Of a DNA stretch of 64,000 bases, positions 39,660-48,378 are shown in pieces (within the stretch, counting starts at the first letter, position 1; each line of letters opens with the position of its first letter). Below the pieces are notes generated by a model, which worked only from the letters and a program-made list of their open reading frames with translations, had not been told where the DNA came from and did no database searches. Origin of the DNA: Pseudomonadota bacterium (GTDB lineage Bacteria > Chloroflexota > UBA6077 > JAJPGT01). A program made the position numbers and the translations under genes. The stretch is from the NCBI GenBank assembly GCA_021325655.1, contig JAJPGT010000054.1:16124-80123 (forward strand), written 5' to 3'.

Positions 39660-40591
39660 AGTCGCTCCTCCCGCAGAAAACGGCTCACGTACAGCGTTGC
39701 CGCCACGCTGAGCAGAATGACGACCAGGTAGGAGATGGAGGCGGCGTAGCCCATGCGGAAGAACTTGAAGCCCAGATCGTACAGGTAATAGGAGATCGTC
39801 TGGGTGGAAAAGCCCGGGCCGCCGCCAGTAGTGCCAAAGATGACGTCGAATGCCTTGAAGGCGTCCAGCGAGCGGAACAGGATGGCGACCGCGATGACGC
39901 GCGACAGCGACGGCAGGGTGATGTTCCAGAAAGACTGCCACCAGTTCGCGCCATCAATCGCCGCCGCCTCGTACAGCTCCGGGCTCACCCCGGCCAGCCC
40001 GGCCAGCAGCACCAGGAACATGAACGGGGTCCATTGCCAGACCTCGGTGACGATGATCGCCAGCAGCGCGGTGTCCGTCTTGGCCAGCCAGGCGACCAGC
40101 ACCGGGTGGCCGGTGATGATTCCGAGAATCTGGTTGATGGCGCCATACTGCGCATCCCAGAGCATCTTCCAGGTGAAGGCGACGACGATCGGGACCATCA
40201 TCACCGGCAGCATCAGCAGCGGGATGATGAAGCGCTTACCCCGCAGCTCGTCCACCAGCACCAGCGCCAGACCAAGCCCGAGCAGGAACTCTAGCGCCAC
40301 CCCGGCCACCAGGATGACCAGCGTGACCCCGAGCGAGCCCCAGACGCGGGGGTCGGTCACCGCCGCGGCGTAATTGCCCAGCCCAACAAACGGATGCTCC
40401 TGGACCTGGAGGTCCCAGCGAACGAAGCTGAGCCAGAGCGAATAGAGCAGCGGGAAGATGCTGAGCAGCACGATGGTGACGACCGCCGGGGCGACCATCA
40501 GCCAGCCCTCGCGCCGCTGGCGGGCAGCCAGACTGCCACGGCGCGCGGCCAGTCTGGCTGCTGCCGTCGGAGTGGACGTGGATGCGCTCAC
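39656..40591 (-). CDS. carbohydrate ABC transporter permease (MalF-like)
   Basis: REGWLMVAPAVVTIVLLSIFPLLYSLWLSF..., the EAA loop YEAAAIDGANWWQSFWNITLP and 6 TM segments. Confidence 0.9.
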   Translation of the reverse strand: MSASTSTPTAAARLAARRGSLAARQRREGWLMVAPAVVTIVLLSIFPLLYSLWLSFVRWDLQVQEHPFVGLGNYAAAVTDPRVWGSLGVTLVILVAGVALEFLLGLGLALVLVDELRGKRFIIPLLMLPVMMVPIVVAFTWKMLWDAQYGAINQILGIITGHPVLVAWLAKTDTALLAIIVTEVWQWTPFMFLVLLAGLAGVSPELYEAAAIDGANWWQSFWNITLPSLSRVIAVAILFRSLDAFKAFDVIFGTTGGGPGFSTQTISYYLYDLGFKFFRMGYAASISYLVVILLSVAATLYVSRFLREERL

Positions 40592-40750
40592 AAATGCTGC
40601 CTCCTGGACGGCGGGGCTGAGCCAGCGCCGCCCATTCTACTGCGCCGAGTGCGGCCAGGATTCGCGCCCTGTGCAACATTGCAGGCTCTCAGAGAGGCGA
40701 GGGGCATACACTCCGCCCCTTCGCCCCGCCCCCACTGCTTCCCACGGGGC

Positions 40751-40790
40751 GGGCCGAGGGGAGGCGGCTCAGCCGCGCTCCCCTCGGCCC
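40751..40790 (-). promoter_or_regulatory. long GC-rich stem-loop immediately 3' of the binding-protein gene (intercistronic)
   Basis: GGGCCGAGGGGAG-GCGGCT-c-AGCCGC-g-CTCCCCTCGGCCC forms ~19 bp with one bulge. It lies 16 nt downstream of the SBP stop and upstream of the permease genes. Confidence 0.5.
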
Positions 40791-40805
40791 TGCTGAAGCG
40801 ACCCG

Positions 40806-42365
40806 CTACATCCCCTGGTAGGCGCCGGGCAGCGCAGCGAACTCGGCGTACGCCTGCTTCTGCTTGTCGCGTCCAATGCGGTCGGTGGTCGCGTTCCAGG
40901 CCTGGGCCGCCGTGTTCAGCGCATCCTCCACAGAGGTGCCTGCCTGCGCCGCCGTCACCGCCTTGTCGACCGCGTCGTTGTACTCGGCCGCGCCGGGGAT
41001 GGTGAGGTCCAGCAGCGCACTGTCCGCCGCCGCCTTGAGCGTGTCCAGGTAATCGCCGGCGTACGGCCACAGGCTGCGATATTTGGGCGAGCTGTAGTGG
41101 CTCAGCCGGAACGGGTCGCGCAGCGCGTAGGGGAGCATGCAGCGCTCCAGGCTGATGGTCGGGCTGTTGGCCCACTGGCAGAACAGGTAGGCCAGCTCCT
41201 TGTTCTTGCTGTCGGCCGAGACGCCCAGCTCCCAGCCGGCGAAGTGCGCGCTGTGGCCGCCGGGCATGATCGCGTAGCCGACGTTCCCGGCCACCTTGGA
41301 GGGCGGGACGAACTTGAGCTGCACCGTGCCGGCGCCATAGCCTTCCGACCAGCGCCCGATGGGTGGCCAGGTGCCGCCGATCATGGCGAGCTGCCCGGCC
41401 ATCCAGGCGGTGAGCACCTCCAGGAAGCCCCACTTCTCGACGCCCGGCGGCATGGTCTTGTTCGAGTTCAGCATCCGGGTGAGCGTCTTTATGCCCGCGT
41501 CGCTGTTGATCTGGGCGTCCATGGTGTCCGGGTTGAAGAACTTGCCGTGGTTCACCCGGAACTCGGCCATGAACCAGAAGAACACCTGGCCCTCGGCGCG
41601 CTGGCTGGCCCCACCCCAGAACTGGCCGTTGCCCTTCTCTGTCAGAAAGCCCTGGATGTCGTCGTACTGCTGATAGGTGGTCGGTGGGGCGAGGTCATAG
41701 CCGAAGCGGGACTTGAACTCGCTCTGGTAATCGGGGTTCCCGAACAGGTCCTTCCGGTAGTACAGCAGGATCATGTCGCCGTCGTCGAACAGCCCGTAGG
41801 TCTTGCCGCCGATGCTCATGAACTGCTTGTACAGCGGGTGATAGTCGTTCAGGTCGTCCTTGTTCATCCACTGGTCGATGTACCCGTCCAGCGGCTCCAG
41901 CATCCCTTGCAGCAGGTAATCTGGCTTGTACGAGGGCTGCACCTGCAGCACGTCGTAGGCGCCGGAGCCGGCGACGTGCTCGGCGACCTGCTTGGAGAAG
42001 ATGTCTGGATATGGCACTTCGATCGTGTTGATCTTGACCCCGGTCAGCTCTTCCCACTTCGGCCCGGAGTAGTTCAGCGGGTCCTGCGCCTGGAGCCCGG
42101 CCTCCCAGAGCACGTTCAGGGTCTGGCCGCGGAAGCGCTGCGCCTGCTGCACGGCCTGGTCCGCCGAGTCCAGTCCCGGGATCGTCCGCCAGAAGCGGCC
42201 CGGCGCGATGCTCCCCGCCGGCGCGGCCGCGGCGATTGTCGCCGAGCCGAGCAGCGAGACCGCCCCGGCCGCCGCACCGAGTGCGAGCGAGCGGCGCAGG
42301 AATTGCCTGCGGGTGGTCTTCGCTCCGAACAGTCCATCCCCGCTAGCCTTCAGCTCTTGGTTCAT
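40806..42365 (-). CDS. extracellular solute-binding protein (family 1, sugar ABC), Tat signal
   Basis: TRRQFLRRSLALGAAAGAVSLLG is a twin-arginine signal. The size (519 aa) and W/Y-rich pattern are typical of CUT1 SBPs. Confidence 0.9.
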   Translation of the reverse strand: MNQELKASGDGLFGAKTTRRQFLRRSLALGAAAGAVSLLGSATIAAAAPAGSIAPGRFWRTIPGLDSADQAVQQAQRFRGQTLNVLWEAGLQAQDPLNYSGPKWEELTGVKINTIEVPYPDIFSKQVAEHVAGSGAYDVLQVQPSYKPDYLLQGMLEPLDGYIDQWMNKDDLNDYHPLYKQFMSIGGKTYGLFDDGDMILLYYRKDLFGNPDYQSEFKSRFGYDLAPPTTYQQYDDIQGFLTEKGNGQFWGGASQRAEGQVFFWFMAEFRVNHGKFFNPDTMDAQINSDAGIKTLTRMLNSNKTMPPGVEKWGFLEVLTAWMAGQLAMIGGTWPPIGRWSEGYGAGTVQLKFVPPSKVAGNVGYAIMPGGHSAHFAGWELGVSADSKNKELAYLFCQWANSPTISLERCMLPYALRDPFRLSHYSSPKYRSLWPYAGDYLDTLKAAADSALLDLTIPGAAEYNDAVDKAVTAAQAGTSVEDALNTAAQAWNATTDRIGRDKQKQAYAEFAALPGAYQGM

Positions 42366-42499
42366 CGCTTCTCCCCTTCACGCTCCGTGCTGAAGCGCGG
42401 ACACCGCGCTCTGCCTATTCCCGATGGGCACCACTGGTAGACATGCCTGCCCAGATCGCCGGCCGCTCCCCTGCGGCGGCGCTCCTGTTGGACTTCGCG

Positions 42500-44494
42500 T
42501 CACAGCGGTTCGCGATTGCTCTCTCCGCGCTCGCCTCCTTCCACGTCGTCGATCCGGGCCACGGCGTAGGGCAGTAGCTCCAGCTCCAGCTCGCCCCCGC
42601 TGGTGTTCCGCGCCGCGCTCGAGGCGGCGCGGAACACCTCCGGCGTGCGCATCGCCGCCTCGGCGTTCATCTCGTCGAGCAGGCGCACCGCCACCCGTGG
42701 CCCCAGGCCGCGGACGTGCACCCGCTGGGTGTCGGGCGACAGGTTGGCGAGCAGGACGCGGGTCGCGCCGTTGCTCCGTAGCGCCAGGCCGTCTACTGCG
42801 AGCCGGTCGGTGGACAGCGAGGGGATCACCTCCGCGCCGGCGAAGTCGCCGACGTCGGCGAAGACGTGGTACAGCGGGAACACTGCGCCGGGCAGAGAGC
42901 GGAACCGCTCCGGCAGAGGCGAGCCCGCCTCCGTCTCCATCACCCCGCGCCAGCCGCTCGTCTCGTAGTAGGTGACGCTGGCGACGCCGCTCTCGGCCAG
43001 GTACTTCAGGCTCCCGAGCGTCCAGGCGGCGCCGAACAGCGCCATCTGGCGCGGATCCACCTGGGGCGGCAGCTCGCCCGGCCCCGGCTCGGGCTCCGGG
43101 CCAGTAGCGACCGGGTTGAAGCGCTGCTTGAGCGTGACCGGCGTCACCACGATCGGCGTGCCGTCCACAAATGCCCGCGCGCTCTCCACCGTGTACCGCT
43201 GGGCCTGCACGGTCTCCATCACCGAGGCGTTGTCCACTGCGTGGACCTGCGGGTTGATCGGGTAGAAGACGAAGTCGGCCACGTCCAGCGGTGGTCGCAC
43301 CCGGTTCAGCTCGGTGAAGTTCGAGTTCGGTCCGGACCCGAACGGTGCGCTCGGGTCGTAGCTACCAAGCGCCGCCCGCGCCAGCTCCAGCCAGCGCCGC
43401 GAGGTCGACCCCTTGCCGTGCTCGGCCAGGTGTAGCACCAGCCAGCGCGCCACCCGCGGCTTGGCCGCCTCCAGCTCCGCCCGCAGCGCCCGCAGCTCCG
43501 CCTCCGCGTTGTCCGTCAGCAGCAGCGCGACCTCCAGCGCTGCCCCGAGCGCCGCTGCCTCGCGCGTTGCGCGTCGGAGCGCCTCGGCCCACCCGGCCTC
43601 GGCGAGCGGCAGGTCCACCCGCAGGTGCGCCAGGCGCAGCGCCCGCAGTCGCTCGATCTCGCGCGCGGACAGCGGCTGGCCGTGGCTGGCGCTGCCCAGC
43701 CCGATGGGCGGGAGCGTCCCGGCCGGCTGGTCGCCCACCGTGAAGGCGAGCGGCGACACCTCGCCGGCCTGCGCGGGAAGCTGGCCCAGCAGCGTCAGCG
43801 TGGCTGACTGGAAGACTTTCGTCCCCTTCGGGACCTCGACCGGGTAGGGCAGCCGCAGCGGGGTGCTGTACGTCTTGAACGAGTCGTCGGTCCAGTTGCG
43901 CTGGTCCTCCATCTCGAAGACGTCGCCCTCGAAGCGCACCTCGGCCCATAGCCCGGGCAGCACCTCGTGCAGCAGCGCGTGAATGTCCAGCACCGGCTGG
44001 TGCGGCGAGATGTGCTCCGGCAACACCCCCTCTTCAAGCGTTCCGTCCGGCTTCAGCACCCGGAAGCGCGCCCCGGCGCACTCCTTGGGCGGGTGGAGCA
44101 CGCAGATGCCGATGCGGTTCCGCAGGAAGGTGGAGCGCGCCTCGCCATCCATCACGTACACGATGGTCCCCTTCTCGTCGCCGCTGATCGTGCCCCGCCA
44201 GACGAAGTCGATGTCGCCCTCGATGTGCTCCGAGGTGAAGCTGATCTCGAACTGGGCCTCGCCCCGGTCGATCCGCAGGTCCGACAGGCGCGGCGGGACG
44301 GTGCCCCAGTTGCGATCGCGGATCGCGACGTAGACCCGGCGCAGCAGCTCGCGATCGCCCAGGCGGACGTAGCGCAGGTCGCCCTGCTCGAAGACGAGCG
44401 AGAGCGGACCGGCGCGCAGCGGGACCCTCTCCGGCAGCGGCTCGTCCCGACCGTAGCGAATGACGTTGGTCGGAAGCTGGCTGGTGGCCACCAT
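42500..44494 (-). CDS. conserved-looking protein of unknown function (664 aa), cytoplasmic
   Basis: A long ORF with non-repetitive, coding-like composition, in an operon position between the aldolase and the SBP. It has no signal peptide or TM segment. Motifs such as FEMEDQRNWTDDSFKTYSTPL and FYPINPQVHAVDNASVMET are present but I cannot assign a family. Confidence 0.8.
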   Translation of the reverse strand: MVATSQLPTNVIRYGRDEPLPERVPLRAGPLSLVFEQGDLRYVRLGDRELLRRVYVAIRDRNWGTVPPRLSDLRIDRGEAQFEISFTSEHIEGDIDFVWRGTISGDEKGTIVYVMDGEARSTFLRNRIGICVLHPPKECAGARFRVLKPDGTLEEGVLPEHISPHQPVLDIHALLHEVLPGLWAEVRFEGDVFEMEDQRNWTDDSFKTYSTPLRLPYPVEVPKGTKVFQSATLTLLGQLPAQAGEVSPLAFTVGDQPAGTLPPIGLGSASHGQPLSAREIERLRALRLAHLRVDLPLAEAGWAEALRRATREAAALGAALEVALLLTDNAEAELRALRAELEAAKPRVARWLVLHLAEHGKGSTSRRWLELARAALGSYDPSAPFGSGPNSNFTELNRVRPPLDVADFVFYPINPQVHAVDNASVMETVQAQRYTVESARAFVDGTPIVVTPVTLKQRFNPVATGPEPEPGPGELPPQVDPRQMALFGAAWTLGSLKYLAESGVASVTYYETSGWRGVMETEAGSPLPERFRSLPGAVFPLYHVFADVGDFAGAEVIPSLSTDRLAVDGLALRSNGATRVLLANLSPDTQRVHVRGLGPRVAVRLLDEMNAEAAMRTPEVFRAASSAARNTSGGELELELLPYAVARIDDVEGGERGESNREPL

Positions 44495-44511
44495 CGCGCG
44501 TCTCCTCCCTG

Positions 44512-45300
44512 TTAGCGGCCGCGCGCACCCACGTGCGCGCGGAGTGCCTCGATCCCCTCGCGGAGTCCCTGCTGGTAGATCCAGAGATCACCCCAGTAGG
44601 CGATCGCCCGAAAGCCCTGGTCGAGCAGCGCCTTGCCGTTGTCGATCCCGCCGGCCATGAACCCCGCCGCCTTGCCGTGGCGCCGGCACGCCTCCAGTAC
44701 CCGGTCCACGGCGCGCAGATACTCCGGGTGCGTGAACTGAGCCGGGATGCCCATCGAGTTGGTCAGATCGAAGTGGCCGATCCAGACAACGTCGATACCC
44801 TCCAGCGCGGCGATCCGGTCGACGTTCTCCAGCCCCTGCACCGTCTCGATCTGGGCAATCAGCAGCACCTCGTCGTTGGCACGCTGCATCTTCTCGAAGA
44901 CGTCTCCGCCCCGGTAGTCGTCGTGGGCGAGGCCGAAGCCGGCGCCCCGCCGGCCCGCCGGCGGGTACTTGGCCGAGCTGACGATCAGCCGCGCCTGCTC
45001 CTCGCTCTCGACCATCGGGACCATGATCCCCATCGCGCCGACGTCGAGCACCCGGGCGATGAAGTGGTACTGCGTCGCTGGCACCCGCACCATCGGGATG
45101 AGGTCGGCGCCGCGGGCGGTGGAGAACAGCATCCGGATGGTGTCGGTGCTCCAGCCGGTGTGCTCCATGTCGAAGATCACGAACTCCGCCCCGGCTGCCG
45201 CAGCGGCGCGGGCGATGCCCGTGCTGTTGAACTCGAAGACCATCGTCCCGAGCGCGACGCCGCCCTGGGCCAGGGTGCGCTTGACCGTGTTGGCTCTCAC
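44512..45300 (-). CDS. HpcH/HpaI family 2-keto-3-deoxy-acid aldolase
   Basis: GTMVFEFNSTGIARAAAAAGAEFVIFDMEHTGWS...VRVP...AKYPPAGRRGAGFG...LIAQIETVQGLENVDRIAALEGIDVVWIGHFDL. I trimmed the start to GTG 45300, which overlaps the upstream stop as GTGA. Confidence 0.85.
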   Translation of the reverse strand: MRANTVKRTLAQGGVALGTMVFEFNSTGIARAAAAAGAEFVIFDMEHTGWSTDTIRMLFSTARGADLIPMVRVPATQYHFIARVLDVGAMGIMVPMVESEEQARLIVSSAKYPPAGRRGAGFGLAHDDYRGGDVFEKMQRANDEVLLIAQIETVQGLENVDRIAALEGIDVVWIGHFDLTNSMGIPAQFTHPEYLRAVDRVLEACRRHGKAAGFMAGGIDNGKALLDQGFRAIAYWGDLWIYQQGLREGIEALRAHVGARGR

Positions 45301-46349
45301 CGTGCCTCCGTCGGGGCGCTGTAGCGCCGCAGCTTCGCCTGAAGCTTCGGGCTCTGCAGTACCGCGCGATTCACCACGTAGCGAGGGATGCGCCCGGCCG
45401 CGACGTCGAGAATCGCCTCGCAGCAGCTCACCCCGTTGCCACGGAAGCACTCGTCCGTCCAGCAGATGCCGTGCGGGGTGACGATCACGTTGTCCAGTTT
45501 CAGGATCGGATCGTCCGGGTCTGGCGGCTCCTGCTCGAAAACGTCCAGCGCCGCGCCCGCGATCCGCCGCTCTTGCAGCGCCCGGGTGAGCGCCTGCTGG
45601 TCGACGATCGGGCCGCGGGCGGCGTTGATCAGGTAGGCCGTCGGCTTCATCAGCGCCAGCCGCTCTGCGTTGATCAGATGGTGGGTCTCCGGGGTGAGGG
45701 CGCAGTTGATCGAGACGAAGTCGGCCTGCCGGAGCAGCGTCTCCAGGTCATCGACCAGCTCCACCCCGATGGCGGCCGCCTGCTCCTTGCTCACATACGG
45801 GTCGTAGGCGATGTGGCGCATGCCGAGCGGCTGAGCGAGCAGGAACGTCTCGCGGCCGATGTTGCCCAGCCCTATCAGGCCGAGCGTCTTGCCGGTGACG
45901 CCCTCGCCCATGTAGTTCAGCTTCTCCGCCCAGCGTCCCTCCCGAGTCAGGCGATCCTTGGCGAGCAGCTTGTAGCTGAGCGCCAGGATGAACAGGAGGA
46001 TCGAGGCGGCGACGGGGCGGCGGACGCCGTCCGGGGTGATCGTCAGCATCACCCCGTTGGCGGTGCAGGCGTCTACGTCTACGCTGTCGTAGCCGACGCC
46101 GAAGCGGGCGAGCAGTGTCAATCGATCCGCGCCCTCCAGCGTCTTCGCGGTGATCCGCGGCGCCAGGACGATGATCGCGTCGTAGTCCGCAACCTGGTCC
46201 GGGCGCAGCTCAGTGGTGTTTTCCGCCAGGAACTCCCAGGTTAGTCCAGGCGCCTGGTCGAGCAGGCTAAGGCCGATGTCGCCGAAGCCGAGGGTGCCGT
46301 CCGGGCGCAGGAAGTCGCGGGTGAGGCCGACGCGAAAGGTTCCGCTCAT
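45297..46349 (-). CDS. D-isomer-specific 2-hydroxyacid dehydrogenase
   Basis: GKTLGLIGLGNIGRE (NAD site), INAARGPIVD and VIVTPHGICWTDE. Confidence 0.9.
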   Translation of the reverse strand: MSGTFRVGLTRDFLRPDGTLGFGDIGLSLLDQAPGLTWEFLAENTTELRPDQVADYDAIIVLAPRITAKTLEGADRLTLLARFGVGYDSVDVDACTANGVMLTITPDGVRRPVAASILLFILALSYKLLAKDRLTREGRWAEKLNYMGEGVTGKTLGLIGLGNIGRETFLLAQPLGMRHIAYDPYVSKEQAAAIGVELVDDLETLLRQADFVSINCALTPETHHLINAERLALMKPTAYLINAARGPIVDQQALTRALQERRIAGAALDVFEQEPPDPDDPILKLDNVIVTPHGICWTDECFRGNGVSCCEAILDVAAGRIPRYVVNRAVLQSPKLQAKLRRYSAPTEAR

Positions 46350-46364
46350 GCTCTCCTCGTGTCC

Positions 46365-47090
46365 TCAGAACGAGCCGTCTGCTGGCAGGGCAACGTCCAA
46401 CAGCCGCGCCCCGGCGCTGTCCAGGTGGGCGCGCATCGCCGCCCGCGCCGCCTGTACGTCGCGGGCGCGGATCGCCTCATAGATGGGGACATGCTGGTTG
46501 AATGACTCAGTCTTGTCCTCATAGCTCAGCAGCACCTCGACGATCCAGACTCGTAGGATCTGCCGCAGTGTGTCCACTACGTGATGCAGGACCTGGTTGT
46601 GACCAGCGCGAGCGACGGCGAGGTGGAACTCCACGTCGCAGCGGCTATACGTATCGACGTCTGTCAGACTGGCCCGCATCGCCTCCAGCCGCTCGGCGAT
46701 GGTGGCAATCTCCTCCTCAGTGGCCCGCTCGGCGGCCATGCCGGCCAGCTCCACCTCCACCACGCGGCGCGCCTCGATCAGCTCGCGAGTGCTGCGCTCG
46801 CCCATCAGCAGCGCCCAGGACAGCGGTTTGGTGAGGATGGAGCTCTGGCCGCGGCCGACGAACATCCCTTCGCCCACCGCGACCTCGACCACGCCGAGCG
46901 CGGTCATCGTCTTGATCGCCTCGCGCAGCGAGGAGCGGCCAACAGACAGGCGGGCGCACAGCTCTCGCTCGGAGGGCAGCTTGTCGCCCGGCTTCAGCCC
47001 CTGGTCGAGGATCAGCCCAACCAGACGTTTGACGATCTCGTCGGTCAGGGTGGTACGGGCGATGGGGGCCAGGTGGGGCGACTCGATCAC
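46365..47090 (-). CDS. GntR/FadR family transcriptional regulator
   Basis: GDKLPSERELCARLSVGRSSLREAIKTMTALGVVEV is a GntR wHTH, and a helical FCD-type C-terminal domain follows. The start is trimmed to GTG 47090, so the palindrome at 47111-47130 lies upstream; this start is uncertain. Confidence 0.8.
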   Translation of the reverse strand: MIESPHLAPIARTTLTDEIVKRLVGLILDQGLKPGDKLPSERELCARLSVGRSSLREAIKTMTALGVVEVAVGEGMFVGRGQSSILTKPLSWALLMGERSTRELIEARRVVEVELAGMAAERATEEEIATIAERLEAMRASLTDVDTYSRCDVEFHLAVARAGHNQVLHHVVDTLRQILRVWIVEVLLSYEDKTESFNQHVPIYEAIRARDVQAARAAMRAHLDSAGARLLDVALPADGSF

Positions 47091-47110
47091 ATGCCGCTCG
47101 CGTTGGTCTG

Positions 47111-47130
47111 CTGGTCTGATAGGTGACCAG
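47111..47130. promoter_or_regulatory. operator-like inverted repeat CTGGTC-n8-GACCAG in the divergent GntR/LLM intergenic region
   Basis: Read directly from the sequence. It contains the GT...AC core typical of GntR-family operators and lies ~20 nt upstream of the proposed GntR start. Confidence 0.35.
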
Positions 47131-47317
47131 CACAGTACTCTTCCTGCGCCCATCTGTCAAGAGGGTCGGGAAGCGGGACGCTCCCGCCAGCGCCGCGGGC
47201 TCGTGCCTCCTGGACGGACAAGGCGGAGCGGCGGTCCGGACGACGTGCCCGGGTCGCTTGCGGCAGCTCTACTGGCCAATCTGCCTACAATCCTCCAGAC
47301 GCTGCTCCCGGAGGAGA

Positions 47318-48208
47318 ATGGTGAAACTCGGGGTAGGACTGCCCAACACGCTGGCGCCATATGTCGACCGGGCGCTGCTGCTGGACTGGGCCCGTGCCGC
47401 GGACCAAGCCGGGCTGCACTCGCTCGGGGTGATCGATAAGCCCAATTATGACTCGTGGGACCCGCTGATCTCGCTGGCCGCCGCCGCGGCGGTCACCGAG
47501 CGGATCCGCCTGGCGACGACAATTCTCCAACTGCCGAACCGGAACGAGATGCTGGTCGCCAAGCAGCTCGCCGTGATCGACCGCCTGTCCAATGGCCGGC
47601 TCGACTTCGGGACGGCCGTCGGGGGCCGCCCTGACGACTTCGAGGTGCTAGGCGCCTCGATACACGGGCGGGGGCAGCGGTTCGAGGCCCAGCTCGCCCG
47701 TATCCTGCAGGTCTGGAGCGAGGCGCGCCAGGCCACCGAGGAGCGCGGGGTGCTCGGGCCGGCGCCGCTGCAGCAGCCGCACCCGCCGATCTGGATCGGC
47801 GGAATGACCGAGGCGACCATCCGCCGCGCGGTTCGGCTGGGCGATGGCTTCATCTTCGGCACCGCCGGGCCGGAGCAGATGGCCAAGCTCACCCCCATGA
47901 TCCGCGAGTGGGCCCGGGCCGAGGGGAAGGAGCGCTTCTACGTGGCTGCGCTCGCCTACGCCGGCATCGGGGACAACCCGCGCGAAGCGCTGGAGGCGGC
48001 CACGCGGCAGGTGATCCGTTACTACGGACAGCTCTGGACCGCGCCGGAGAACCTGATCCACCACGGGCCGCCCGCGAAGATCGCCGAGGACCTGCAGCGC
48101 TACCGGCAGGCCGGTATCGACGAGCTGATCGTCTTCCTGGAGATTCCTGATCGGCGACAGCTCGATCTATTCGTCCAGGCGCGGGATCAGGCGCAGCTTC
48201 AGGGCTGA
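47318..48208 (+). CDS. LLM-class F420-dependent oxidoreductase
   Basis: MVKLGVGLPNT...LHSLGVIDKPNYDSWDPLISLAAAAAVTERIRLATTILQLPNRN...GRLDFGTAVGGRPDDF. The start is ATG 47318 after GGAGGAG; the track start 47123 overlaps the divergent regulator. Confidence 0.85.
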   Translation: MVKLGVGLPNTLAPYVDRALLLDWARAADQAGLHSLGVIDKPNYDSWDPLISLAAAAAVTERIRLATTILQLPNRNEMLVAKQLAVIDRLSNGRLDFGTAVGGRPDDFEVLGASIHGRGQRFEAQLARILQVWSEARQATEERGVLGPAPLQQPHPPIWIGGMTEATIRRAVRLGDGFIFGTAGPEQMAKLTPMIREWARAEGKERFYVAALAYAGIGDNPREALEAATRQVIRYYGQLWTAPENLIHHGPPAKIAEDLQRYRQAGIDELIVFLEIPDRRQLDLFVQARDQAQLQG

Positions 48209-48378
48209 GGCGGACACGCCCTTGCCCCAACGCCCGCCCACCCCTCTGTGAAAGGGTGCGGGCGGGAAGTCGCTCGGCTCCGTGGCACCAGTCCCAGGAG
48301 GGATCGCTCCACCAGCGGGGCGTGGCCGGGGTGATGGCGGCGAGCAACGCCGCTGGCTGGCCTGCTCGCGCCTGATAA

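Noticed and set aside
38787-39941. N-terminal extensions of track ORFs. Examples: 38787..39941, 44512..45450, 26991..29567, 48539..50872, 47123..48208, 46365..47153, 5936..6541, 6532..7431, 18601..19572, 60986..62035.
   Set aside because: The extensions overlap the upstream gene or the divergent promoter. They are low-complexity and lack an RBS. Internal starts show GGAGG-type RBS sites or ATGA/GTGA coupling overlaps, so I trimmed them. Exact starts remain uncertain for a few.
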